Positions 19,717 to 26,555 of a stretch of 28,917 nucleotides of DNA are shown one piece after another. A program made the translations under genes and the position numbers. The notes beneath the pieces are model-generated. The model had not been told where the DNA came from. It worked only from the letters and a program-made list of their open reading frames with translations, and did no database searches. Position 1 is the first letter of the stretch, and each line of letters opens with the position of its first letter. Origin of the DNA: a virus (taxonomy: Duplodnaviria; Caudoviricetes); IMG/VR virus record IMGVR_UViG_3300021962_000484, positions 1 through 28,917 of that record, one strand, 5' to 3'.

Positions 19717-20424
19717 TTAAAAATTTGTGTATCCGTTTTCTAAATAAAAATAATAATGTTCTTTAAATATATCATATAACTTATTAGCTATCTTAGTGAT
19801 TTTAGGAGTTTTAACATCAATTATTTCCCTAATATAGATGTATAGTGCTTTTTTATTAAATACATCTATACTCTCTCTTTTACGGAATAATTCTAAAATA
19901 GCATCTGCTATTCTAGCATCACTCTCTTTAGGGAATAAAGTGTATATATTTTTAGAACAATAAGTAACATACTCATCTATAAATAATGATAATTTTTGAT
20001 TAATAGGAGTATCATCAATACTATAACTATGTCTTTCATCCGATTCAAGTTCTTCAATTGGGGCTTTATCTACTCGTTTCTTATAATTTTTAGTATTAGA
20101 AATGATAAGATAACGTTTAGCAATTGTACCAAAGTATGAATATGCTTTAGCTCCTTTTTCTGGGTTGAATAAATGAATTTTAGAGAGTAAGAATGAGATT
20201 ACTTCATGTTGTAAATCTTCAATATTATCTACTTCTGTATAGTAGAATTTAAAAGTATGAATAATATTCTCTGTTAATTTAAAAAAAGCATAATGAATAC
20301 GATCATTATATATTTTATTCTTTAAACTATTATCAAAAGTATTGTTATATTCAATAATAGCATTTTCTGTTTCTTGAGTGAAATACATCCCACTTGTTTT
20401 TGGCTTCACTATTTCATTACTCAT
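19717..20424 (-). CDS. Phage RNA polymerase sigma factor (sigma70 region 2; T4 gp55-like late sigma)
   Basis: DLQHEVISFLLSKIHLFNPEKGAKAYSYFGTIAKRYL matches the region-2 D...E......FDP.KG..F.SY pattern; 235 aa. Confidence 0.75.
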   Translation of the reverse strand: MSNEIVKPKTSGMYFTQETENAIIEYNNTFDNSLKNKIYNDRIHYAFFKLTENIIHTFKFYYTEVDNIEDLQHEVISFLLSKIHLFNPEKGAKAYSYFGTIAKRYLIISNTKNYKKRVDKAPIEELESDERHSYSIDDTPINQKLSLFIDEYVTYCSKNIYTLFPKESDARIADAILELFRKRESIDVFNKKALYIYIREIIDVKTPKITKIANKLYDIFKEHYYFYLENGYTNF

Positions 20425-20696
20425 AGATTTTTGATATTAAACTGGTTTAAAATGTTTTGAATTTGTTTGACTGATTCAAAGAAAAAACCAATTTCATCGT
20501 CTGATTTAAAAGATTCTTTGGCGTCTATTTCTTTAATTTTTTTATCTGAAAATTCAATTATATCAGATAATTTGTTTAGATAAGACATATATCCCATAAG
20601 GATATCTTCTTGTTTCTCATTTTTCTTTAGTAAGTTAAAGGTTGTGTATCCTAAGATCACGACCAATAAACTTAATATCACTATTAATATAATCAT
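20421..20696 (-). CDS. Small membrane-anchored protein
   Basis: N-terminal hydrophobic segment MIILIVILSLLVVILGYTTF followed by a coiled region; 4-nt overlaps on both sides. Confidence 0.7.
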   Translation of the reverse strand: MIILIVILSLLVVILGYTTFNLLKKNEKQEDILMGYMSYLNKLSDIIEFSDKKIKEIDAKESFKSDDEIGFFFESVKQIQNILNQFNIKNL

Positions 20697-21466
20697 AGAC
20701 TATCTAACATATTTTTTAAACTATCACTTTTAATGTTACTTAAAGCTTTAGTCTTAATAGGTGACTTTTTTTCTGTTTTAGAAATGCTAAAATTAGTATT
20801 GTTCTTAACTTCACCTTTTAATTTAGGATTCCATTCACGTTCGAATTCAATTCGAGCAGCCATTAGATCTGCTTGATGAACAATATAAATTAAAGCGGTG
20901 CGAGGTTTAGTTTCTGGGGACCAACTCATTAAGTAAGGTTTATTGGATTCATCATATAAACCATCATGTAACTTAATTGCTAACCACTCATTACGAGACA
21001 TTTGAATCCCATGGGTCATTAATAAATGTAAACCACGGTCTGGTACTGACATGAATTCTAAGCGATCGTTAAATTTATAATCTTCACCTAGTTTATCTCG
21101 TCTCCATTGGTCATCCTGAGGGATATATGCTTCATGATGCTCGTCTCCCATTTTACCTAAGTCGTGGTTTAAAGCAGAGAATACTAATTCTTCTTTAGTA
21201 TAAGTAGAAGCATCTACCCCCATTTCAACCCAAACTTCATTTAATTTAAGAGCACAATCAATAACACGAAGAACGTGATCAATGTAACCTCCTGGGAATG
21301 CATTATGATATTCTTTCTTATGTGCCGCTGGCATTAGCATAAGACGTTCTGAATATTTAGAGTAGAAATCTAATAATTGAGAACAACGAGGTTCACTAAT
21401 ATATAATTTGATAGTTTCTTCTAAATCTATCCAGTTTTGTTGGATTTGTTCTGCTGTTAATTTCAT
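20693..21466 (-). CDS. HD-domain phosphohydrolase (YhaM/Cbf1-like nuclease domain)
   Basis: PAA...YHNAFPGGYIDHV, ALNHDLGK, IKLHDG and VHQADLMA form the complete H...HD...H...D set with the YhaM-type PA..HH..GG..H lead-in; no N-terminal OB fold. Confidence 0.85.
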   Translation of the reverse strand: MKLTAEQIQQNWIDLEETIKLYISEPRCSQLLDFYSKYSERLMLMPAAHKKEYHNAFPGGYIDHVLRVIDCALKLNEVWVEMGVDASTYTKEELVFSALNHDLGKMGDEHHEAYIPQDDQWRRDKLGEDYKFNDRLEFMSVPDRGLHLLMTHGIQMSRNEWLAIKLHDGLYDESNKPYLMSWSPETKPRTALIYIVHQADLMAARIEFEREWNPKLKGEVKNNTNFSISKTEKKSPIKTKALSNIKSDSLKNMLDSL

Positions 21467-21666
21467 CGGGCGGAAACGTTTAGTTCATAACCTTCAATTG
21501 GCTCATTTTCAACATAAGCCCTAGTTTGCTCAACACAATCTCGAATTTTATCAAGAGCGGCTTTGTAATCTTGAATTGGTTGTTGTTGATTAACGATAAA
21601 ATTAAGTTCACTAGTTAGTGATTCAATTCTATTAAGTTGTTGTAAAATACTTTCACGATGTCTCAT
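21463..21666 (-). CDS. Hypothetical protein
   Basis: 67 aa, helical; ATGA overlap with the HD gene; promoter motif upstream. Confidence 0.6.
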   Translation of the reverse strand: MRHRESILQQLNRIESLTSELNFIVNQQQPIQDYKAALDKIRDCVEQTRAYVENEPIEGYELNVSAR

Positions 21667-21749
21667 AGTACTATTTTTAATAATTGATATTACGTTATCA
21701 CGTTCTCTTTATCCTACGTTATAGATAATTCCTGTGAACCCGTATTTAT

Positions 21750-21778
21750 ATTATATGAATAAGAAAATATAAGGCCAA
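21750..21778 (-). promoter_or_regulatory. Promoter TTGGCC-N17-TATAAT
   Basis: Member of the TTGGC family with the same 17-nt spacer; would drive the 67-aa/HD/sigma operon. Confidence 0.6.
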
Positions 21779-21779
21779 G

Positions 21780-22208
21780 CTACTCTTGAAAGGAGTTTAC
21801 CTTATCTTTAACAGTTTTCAAAAACATACATTTTTCATACTCTTCAGCTTTTTCAAAAAACATTAAAGCACTATCCAGGACCTTTAAAAAAGTTTCATCT
21901 GAAAGAAGTTTTAAACTGTCTATATGGGTATGATTAGTTAAATCTAATTTAGATAGATGGCCATATGCTTTATCATAAACCATATAACTACTTGCCTTTT
22001 CTATATCATCCACATCCAGTGAAGGATTAGCTGTTCCAAAAAACTGAATTAATTGTTTAGCGAATGTTTCATAATTAGTGATCATTCTTTTAAACATACC
22101 TATCCACATGATAGGACTATCTGATAGGTCCACTTGTGTAGCGGCTGATTCATGTTCATTAGAATCATCAGATGAGTTAAATAATTTAAATATTTTATTT
22201 AAATCCAT
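21780..22208 (-). CDS. Hypothetical protein with C-terminal UVR-like helical hairpin
   Basis: ALMFFEKAEEYEKCMFLK resembles the UVR motif (A...EdYE.AA.lrd); preceded by ATATTTAT at 22213-22220. Confidence 0.6.
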   Translation of the reverse strand: MDLNKIFKLFNSSDDSNEHESAATQVDLSDSPIMWIGMFKRMITNYETFAKQLIQFFGTANPSLDVDDIEKASSYMVYDKAYGHLSKLDLTNHTHIDSLKLLSDETFLKVLDSALMFFEKAEEYEKCMFLKTVKDKVNSFQE

Positions 22209-22288
22209 ATATATAAATATGGTTAAAGTGGGTTTAAGTGGGGGTTATAACGTTTACTATAACTCTATACATATAGTAATATACTAAG

Positions 22289-22313
22289 AAAAAAAGCGGC
22301 TAAAAGCCGCTTT
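22289..22313 (-). terminator. Intrinsic terminator
   Basis: Minus strand AAAGCGGC-TTTTA-GCCGCTTT, with the 3' arm running into a T7 tract; downstream of the tRNA-containing unit. Confidence 0.8.
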
Positions 22314-22335
22314 AAAAAGTAAGTTGAAATTGTTA

Positions 22336-22689
22336 TTATCCTTTAATTAATTGTTTAGCACCAACTGTACCTAGTGCTTTATCTATACGTGAATCGGTAT
22401 ATGATTTTGATTCTTCTAGAATTGCTTTATTTGCGTCTTCAATATTACGACGATACCTTTCCATAGCGTCATAAGCGTTACGATCCATATCATTGACTCT
22501 TCGTTCAAAATCTTGGCGGGTATCACTAATATTGGTCCACATGTTACGTTCATGAGTTATTGTCCAATCTTCATGTTTTTTTACCATCTTTAATAGCTTT
22601 GTAATCTTAACTATACCCCAAACAATCACAGCCATAAAACCAACTGCAATAATCGAGAGCATACCTAAAACGAAATACATTGTTTCCAT
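22336..22689 (-). CDS. Membrane-anchored coiled-coil protein (start revised)
   Basis: The track start (22737) lies inside tRNA-Ile2. ATG at 22689 follows AAAGGAGAAACAAATT; the protein METMYFVLGMLSIIAVGFMAVIVWGIV has a TM helix followed by a coil. Confidence 0.7.
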   Translation of the reverse strand: METMYFVLGMLSIIAVGFMAVIVWGIVKITKLLKMVKKHEDWTITHERNMWTNISDTRQDFERRVNDMDRNAYDAMERYRRNIEDANKAILEESKSYTDSRIDKALGTVGAKQLIKG

Positions 22690-22728
22690 AATTTGTTTCT
22701 CCTTTATTTTAAATAACTTACTTTTTAG

Positions 22729-22802
22729 TGCACCCACCTGGGTTCGAACCAGGGACCTACTGATTATGAGTCAGTTGCTCTAACCTGCTGAGCTATAGGT
22801 GC
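22729..22802 (-). tRNA. tRNA with CAT anticodon, probably tRNA-Ile2 (lysidine type)
   Basis: GCACCTA-TA-GCTC-AGCAGGTTA-GAGC-A-ACTGA-CTCATAA-TCAGT-AGGTC-CCTGG-TTCGAAC-CCAGG-TGGGTGC-A. C4:G69, C5:G68 and the GACTCATAATC arm fit Ile2 better than Met. CCA is not encoded. Confidence 0.9.
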
Positions 22803-23258
22803 TTATTTACAAATTGCATCTGCTACGTATGAAGCTACTACTGCGTTTGGTTTACAACGAGGTGTGTATCCCATTGATTCAACATAACCTAGAGCTGCTC
22901 GTAACACTTGATTTGATTTATATTTTGGGTCTGGATTTAAGTCTATATCTATGAATTTTGGCTTTTGGATTCCATTATTGACTAAATGATTAGCTACTTG
23001 AAGTGAATATTCAACTTCGTTCCATAATCTATTAAATCTGTCTTGAATCTTAGGCACTATACTCTTAGCATATAAAACATGTCCTCCTTTCCTAGTATTA
23101 TGTAACACAATTACTACAGCGTAAGTAGTGGCTTTACCGTTTTGTGAATCACTACCTATAAAAATGTTTGTATCATCATTTTTAGATAAAAAATCTTTAA
23201 TGTAGGGAACTAAATCAATTTCTTCTTTATTAGTTAAGGATTTAAATTTTAGTTCCAT
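22803..23258 (-). CDS. RNase H-like YkuK (DUF458) family protein
   Basis: IFIGSDSQ, YAVVIV...GG, RLWNEV..S, IDIDLN...KS, GY...MG, KP.A..AS.VAD form the DUF458 motif set. Confidence 0.85.
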   Translation of the reverse strand: MELKFKSLTNKEEIDLVPYIKDFLSKNDDTNIFIGSDSQNGKATTYAVVIVLHNTRKGGHVLYAKSIVPKIQDRFNRLWNEVEYSLQVANHLVNNGIQKPKFIDIDLNPDPKYKSNQVLRAALGYVESMGYTPRCKPNAVVASYVADAICK

Positions 23259-23298
23259 GATAACTTTTATTATAAATAATATAGTAATAAATTTTTAA

Positions 23299-23676
23299 TT
23301 ACCAAGCTTTATCTAAAGAATAGATTCTAAAAAAATGATAAGTGGTTTTAGCCAACGGTATTTCGATAACAAAAAAACTATAACAATCCCAAAACTTAAT
23401 TAAGTAAATATCATCATATTGATTATCAAAATAAACTTCAGCTGTACTTGTCTTTAAATCACAGACAAACTTCATAGCATTACTTTCAATAACATAAACA
23501 CCCTCAGACTCAACTAAATTAACAGTGAATATTTGATCTGTTTTATTAGTAGACAGTTCAATCTTAGGTAGAAATAGTCTATATTCTTCACCTAAGAATC
23601 TTTTTGAAACTGGAACTGTTTGAGAATATAATGAAATCGGGATTAAAATTGCTAGTAGCGCAATTAATATTTTCAT
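23299..23676 (-). CDS. Secreted/periplasmic protein with signal peptide (start revised)
   Basis: The track start overlaps tRNA-Arg. ATG at 23676 gives MKILIALLAILIPISLYS|QT, a Sec signal with Gln at +1 (Bacteroidota Q-rule); preceded by ATATTTAT at 23693-23700. Confidence 0.65.
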   Translation of the reverse strand: MKILIALLAILIPISLYSQTVPVSKRFLGEEYRLFLPKIELSTNKTDQIFTVNLVESEGVYVIESNAMKFVCDLKTSTAEVYFDNQYDDIYLIKFWDCYSFFVIEIPLAKTTYHFFRIYSLDKAW

Positions 23677-23712
23677 TACTGTTGTGTTTACAATAAATAT
23701 TATAAACAGTAG

Positions 23713-23784
23713 TACTCCCACCTGGACTCGAACCAGGAATAACAGATTAGAAATCTGTGGTTATATCCCTTTAACTATGGAAGC
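23713..23784 (-). tRNA. tRNA-Arg(TCT)
   Basis: GCTTCCA-TA-GTTA-AAGGGATA-TAAC-C-ACAGA-TTTCTAA-TCTGT-TATT-CCTGG-TTCGAGT-CCAGG-TGGGAGT-A; anticodon TCT; CCA is not encoded. Confidence 0.9.
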
Positions 23785-23789
23785 ATGAA

Positions 23790-23866
23790 CCTATATCCAC
23801 TCACACCGGGTGCTGCAGTTTACGCTGAGTATTGCAAATATAGGAAGATTGATAGCTACTCAATCT
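23790..23866 (-). ncRNA. Candidate structured RNA spacer (branched stem plus a hairpin)
   Basis: CCTATAT/ATATAGG encloses ACTCA/TGAGT and a small GCAC/GTGT hairpin (23790-23844); separate perfect hairpin AGATTGA-N7-TCAATCT (23846-23866). Confidence 0.4.
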
Positions 23867-23871
23867 ATTAG

Positions 23872-24011
23872 TAGTCAAGGAAGGATTCGAACCTTCACGG
23901 GCTGCCATTATAGTGACCACACTCATTGTGCTTTTTTACCCCTAGTGCTATAACCATCTAGTGCGTCTTTCCGGAGCATTCCATGGAATAACTCACTTCC
24001 GCCACTTGACT
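23872..24011 (-). ncRNA. 140-nt non-canonical tRNA-like RNA
   Basis: Perfect acceptor stem AGTCAAG/CTTGACT+A, Leu-type D arm TGGCGGAA...GG..AGACGC and perfect T arm GAAGG-TTCGAAT-CCTTC, but with an extra D-loop hairpin, an extended anticodon arm and a branched variable arm. Confidence 0.8.
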
Positions 24012-24018
24012 ATCTGGA

Positions 24019-24210
24019 TTAATCTTTTAGGCTATCGTACCTAACACAAGTTAGATAATACTCGATAATGTTTTCCTTAGTCACATTAATCCCCCTACTT
24101 AATGTTCTAGAAACAACCACCCAGAGCTCATCTAGGTGGTGTATTTCAGGAACTATATTTAAATTTTCAGTTATAAATTTCTCTAGTTTAGCTTTACTAT
24201 TAAGCTGCAT
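24019..24210 (-). CDS. Hypothetical protein (start probably 24210)
   Basis: Fills the gap between the DUF932-like gene and the tRNA-like RNA; ATG at 24210 (MQLNSKAK) gives a short overlap with the upstream stop. Confidence 0.5.
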   Translation of the reverse strand: MQLNSKAKLEKFITENLNIVPEIHHLDELWVVVSRTLSRGINVTKENIIEYYLTCVRYDSLKD

Positions 24211-25003
24211 ATTCAACTGCGAGTTCATATAATTTAGCATTTAGATCAAGGTCTTGTTTAAAATTCTTAATTTTACGTGCTTTACGTAACTTACTACCTG
24301 ATATATATTCAAACATACCATGTACTAATTTTTCTTGAACTACATTAAATACACTCCACAAATCATTACCACGATCTTCATCACGTGTTGGTTCAATCAA
24401 TTTGTCATAATCAATTTGAATGTTTTGAAGTTGTTCTGTTCCAAAACGAATTGCAGTTGCTTTTTTAGCGAACTCAACAATTTGTTCTTGACGAAGTGTC
24501 TTTCTCTTAAACTTATTCATTGATTCAACAGTCAATGGAAGTGACTGAACCATAGTATTGATCACTTTTTGTAGTTCTTCAAAATCATATCCGTAGTGAC
24601 GAATCTTAAGATTTTCAAATTCCTTAGAGCAAATAACCAAACCATTCTCACATACTAAACGGAACAAACCAGCTGTGAAAGTAAATGCGTTTTTACCATC
24701 ATGGCTATTAGTTAGTAGAATTTGTGGAAAAGCATTATCACCATCCTCTCCACTAATAACAATATCATTATTACGAAACACAACTAGATGTTTTTGATAA
24801 CCATCACCTTTACGGGCGCGTACTTGTTTTGCATCAACTACTCCCCACCCTAATTTAGCCATATCTTCAACAATTTGTTTAGTTGAGATATGAGCATATT
24901 TTTCACTAGTACCTGGGGCACCTTTGTCTGTGAAGATTGAATTTGCTTTTTCTTTAATTTCTGACTCTGTCAGAAAAACGTTTGATTGAATGTTTAACGG
25001 CAT
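24200..25003 (-). CDS. DUF932/DUF945-family phage/plasmid protein
   Basis: SEKYAHIST, KHLVVFR, PQILLTNSHDG...F.FTAGLFRLVCENGLV, IRH, R.EDRGNDLWSVFNVVQE are characteristic motifs. Confidence 0.85.
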   Translation of the reverse strand: MPLNIQSNVFLTESEIKEKANSIFTDKGAPGTSEKYAHISTKQIVEDMAKLGWGVVDAKQVRARKGDGYQKHLVVFRNNDIVISGEDGDNAFPQILLTNSHDGKNAFTFTAGLFRLVCENGLVICSKEFENLKIRHYGYDFEELQKVINTMVQSLPLTVESMNKFKRKTLRQEQIVEFAKKATAIRFGTEQLQNIQIDYDKLIEPTRDEDRGNDLWSVFNVVQEKLVHGMFEYISGSKLRKARKIKNFKQDLDLNAKLYELAVEYAA

Positions 25004-25036
25004 AACCTTTATTTATTTAATTATTTTAATTTATAT

Positions 25037-25068
25037 CTGAATATAACAATCCTTTCTTGTGAAGCCAA
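25037..25068 (-). promoter_or_regulatory. Early promoter TTGGCT-N17-TATATTCAG
   Basis: Conserved motif in an intergenic gap, followed by an A-rich leader and ATG. Confidence 0.75.
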
Positions 25069-25076
25069 GCTTCCTG

Positions 25077-25382
25077 TTAAAGACTTTCAATTAAGTAACA
25101 AATCCTTTGAATAATGTCATGTTTCTTCATACGAATATCCATTCGGTACGGTTCCATATCTAATGTTTTATCTATTTGTTTCAATTGAATAGCCATATCC
25201 TTTAGCTTTTCTTCAGTAGTTCCCTCAATTTCTCCTTCCATGACTGCGTCAGGAAAAATAACATGTGGTTTCTCTGCTGCTTTTCTACCACGTTTCTTTG
25301 GTTCAGTAGTAGTAGTTGTGTTCAATTCAATTTTAACTTCTTTCTTTTGTCCAGGTGGACGACCACGACGTTTTTGTTCCAT
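25077..25382 (-). CDS. Small protein with AT-hook-like motifs (putative DNA-binding)
   Basis: KRRGRPPG and PKKRGRKA motifs in the N-terminal half. Confidence 0.65.
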   Translation of the reverse strand: MEQKRRGRPPGQKKEVKIELNTTTTTEPKKRGRKAAEKPHVIFPDAVMEGEIEGTTEEKLKDMAIQLKQIDKTLDMEPYRMDIRMKKHDIIQRICYLIESL

Positions 25383-25404
25383 AACCTTTATTTGTGTTTA
25401 ATTA

Positions 25405-25569
25405 TTATATAAGAAATGCTGCTGTTAGAATCCAGTACAACAATATTTGAAGAACATACCAGATGCCTTGAGACTTAAGTGACAAATCTTCACCTTTCTT
25501 TTTGGCGTCAATGCGTACATGTGATACTGCGCAATATGCCATCCAAATATATGCTGCTGTTGCTACCAT
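25405..25569 (-). CDS. 54-aa small membrane protein (not in ORF track)
   Basis: MVATAAYIWMAYCAVSHVRIDAKKKGEDLSLKSQGIWYVLQILLYWILTAAFLI; directly downstream of the conserved promoter and leader; fills the gap on the coding strand. Confidence 0.7.
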   Translation of the reverse strand: MVATAAYIWMAYCAVSHVRIDAKKKGEDLSLKSQGIWYVLQILLYWILTAAFLI

Positions 25570-25590
25570 GTTCTAATTATTTAATTATGA

Positions 25591-25622
25591 CTAAATATAA
25601 CATCTCCTCACCCGGAAGCCAA
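25591..25622 (-). promoter_or_regulatory. Early promoter TTGGCT-N17-TATATTTAG
   Basis: Conserved motif with an extended TG before the TATATT box; leader ATAATTAAATAATTAGAACATG. Confidence 0.75.
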
Positions 25623-25667
25623 GCAAGAGGTAAGGAAAGTGTGGAAGATCCACTAGAACGTTGAAAA

Positions 25668-26555
25668 TTAAATAGGTAAGATATCTAGATCACTAGTGAT
25701 AACTACTACTACATTCTCGCAACTGACCACAACTGCGTTAGGATTGTCATTAGCTGGAATGATACTTTTCATTAATTTATTACTTAATAAATCATTTAAG
25801 TCGGTAGATTCATCAACTAAGTCGTCTAATTCACCACTTGATAATGGTGTTTCATATATTCCATATTCTCCTTTAGATAATGAATAATCCCCAACGTAAT
25901 CCTGTAGTTTTACCATTTGAGCAGTTGGAGCAACACTAGCTAGGTAGCTTTCAACAGCTGGATTTTTCATCAATGAAGTATTGTTAGCATCCTCAAAAGT
26001 CAACGGAACATAAAACTCTCCATTTATCTCAGCCCCAAAGAACTCAGCGGCTGTATAAATTTTCTTTAACCAAATACCTCTAGAACCCTCATAAAGAATA
26101 TTATCAGAGAAAAGGTTACGATAATGAACTAATACCATATAGTACATTAATGAACCTAAACCTTTTCCTCTATAAAACTTAGAAATACGAGTTAATGTAA
26201 TTTGACCACCTTTTAAATTATAAGGTTTGTCCATTACATCCTCAATATCAACAGAGCCAACAATAAATTCTTGCCAGGTCTTACCATTAGAGTTGATTAG
26301 GTACTTAGTGTTTTCAAAACCTAATGGATCGATTAACTTATATCCATCAACATCAATCAACTCTTTATATTTGAGTTTAGTTTTACCAATTGGATCCTCA
26401 ATACTAGTCCATTCGTCTATATCAAAGTCCTCAAAGAAAGTAACATAAACGTCTTCGTCACTCACCATGTTAGGTAATTGTCCTCTACGAATATCCAACT
26501 CCATCATGATCTGTTGGTGTTGCATTGATTTGAGTAAATCTAAAAGTTTTATCAT
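25668..26555 (-). CDS. Protein with GNAT-like acetyl-CoA-binding motif
   Basis: ITLTRISKFYRGKGLGSLMY is GNAT motif A (R.xGxG); LFSD.ILYEGSRGIW resembles motif B. Start probably 26555 (MIKLLDLLK), because the ATATTTAT motif overlaps the 26561 ATG. Confidence 0.6.
   Translation of the reverse strand: MIKLLDLLKSMQHQQIMMELDIRRGQLPNMVSDEDVYVTFFEDFDIDEWTSIEDPIGKTKLKYKELIDVDGYKLIDPLGFENTKYLINSNGKTWQEFIVGSVDIEDVMDKPYNLKGGQITLTRISKFYRGKGLGSLMYYMVLVHYRNLFSDNILYEGSRGIWLKKIYTAAEFFGAEINGEFYVPLTFEDANNTSLMKNPAVESYLASVAPTAQMVKLQDYVGDYSLSKGEYGIYETPLSSGELDDLVDESTDLNDLLSNKLMKSIIPANDNPNAVVVSCENVVVVITSDLDILPI

Noticed and set aside
21673-21700. dif-like XerCD site (ATTTTTAATAA-TTGATA-TTACGTTATCA)
   Set aside because: Only 7/11 match to the XerD arm and a poor XerC arm; expected by chance in AT-rich DNA.
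22242-22265. Inverted repeat GGGTTATA-N8-TATAACTC as a recombinase site
   Set aside because: Single short imperfect palindrome, with no partner site or recombinase in view.
22690-23721. N-terminal extensions of ORFs 22336..22737 and 23299..23721 overlapping tRNAs
   Set aside because: Downstream ATGs (22689, 23676) have better contexts and give clean TM or signal-peptide N-termini.
23713-23784. Reading the tRNA as an amber suppressor (CTA in the loop), implying TAG recoding
   Set aside because: The 5-bp stem ACAGA/TCTGT centres TCT in the 7-nt loop. Genes are intact under the standard code, and TAG ends genes at sensible points.
23790-23871. Theta/HDV-like ribozyme at a tRNA 3' end
   Set aside because: No G-initiated P1 next to the tRNA end and no J4/2 catalytic C; kept only as an unassigned structured element.
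23872-24011. tmRNA or group I intron-containing tRNA
   Set aside because: Too short; it retains a D stem, has no tag reading frame, and the inserts are far smaller than a group I core.
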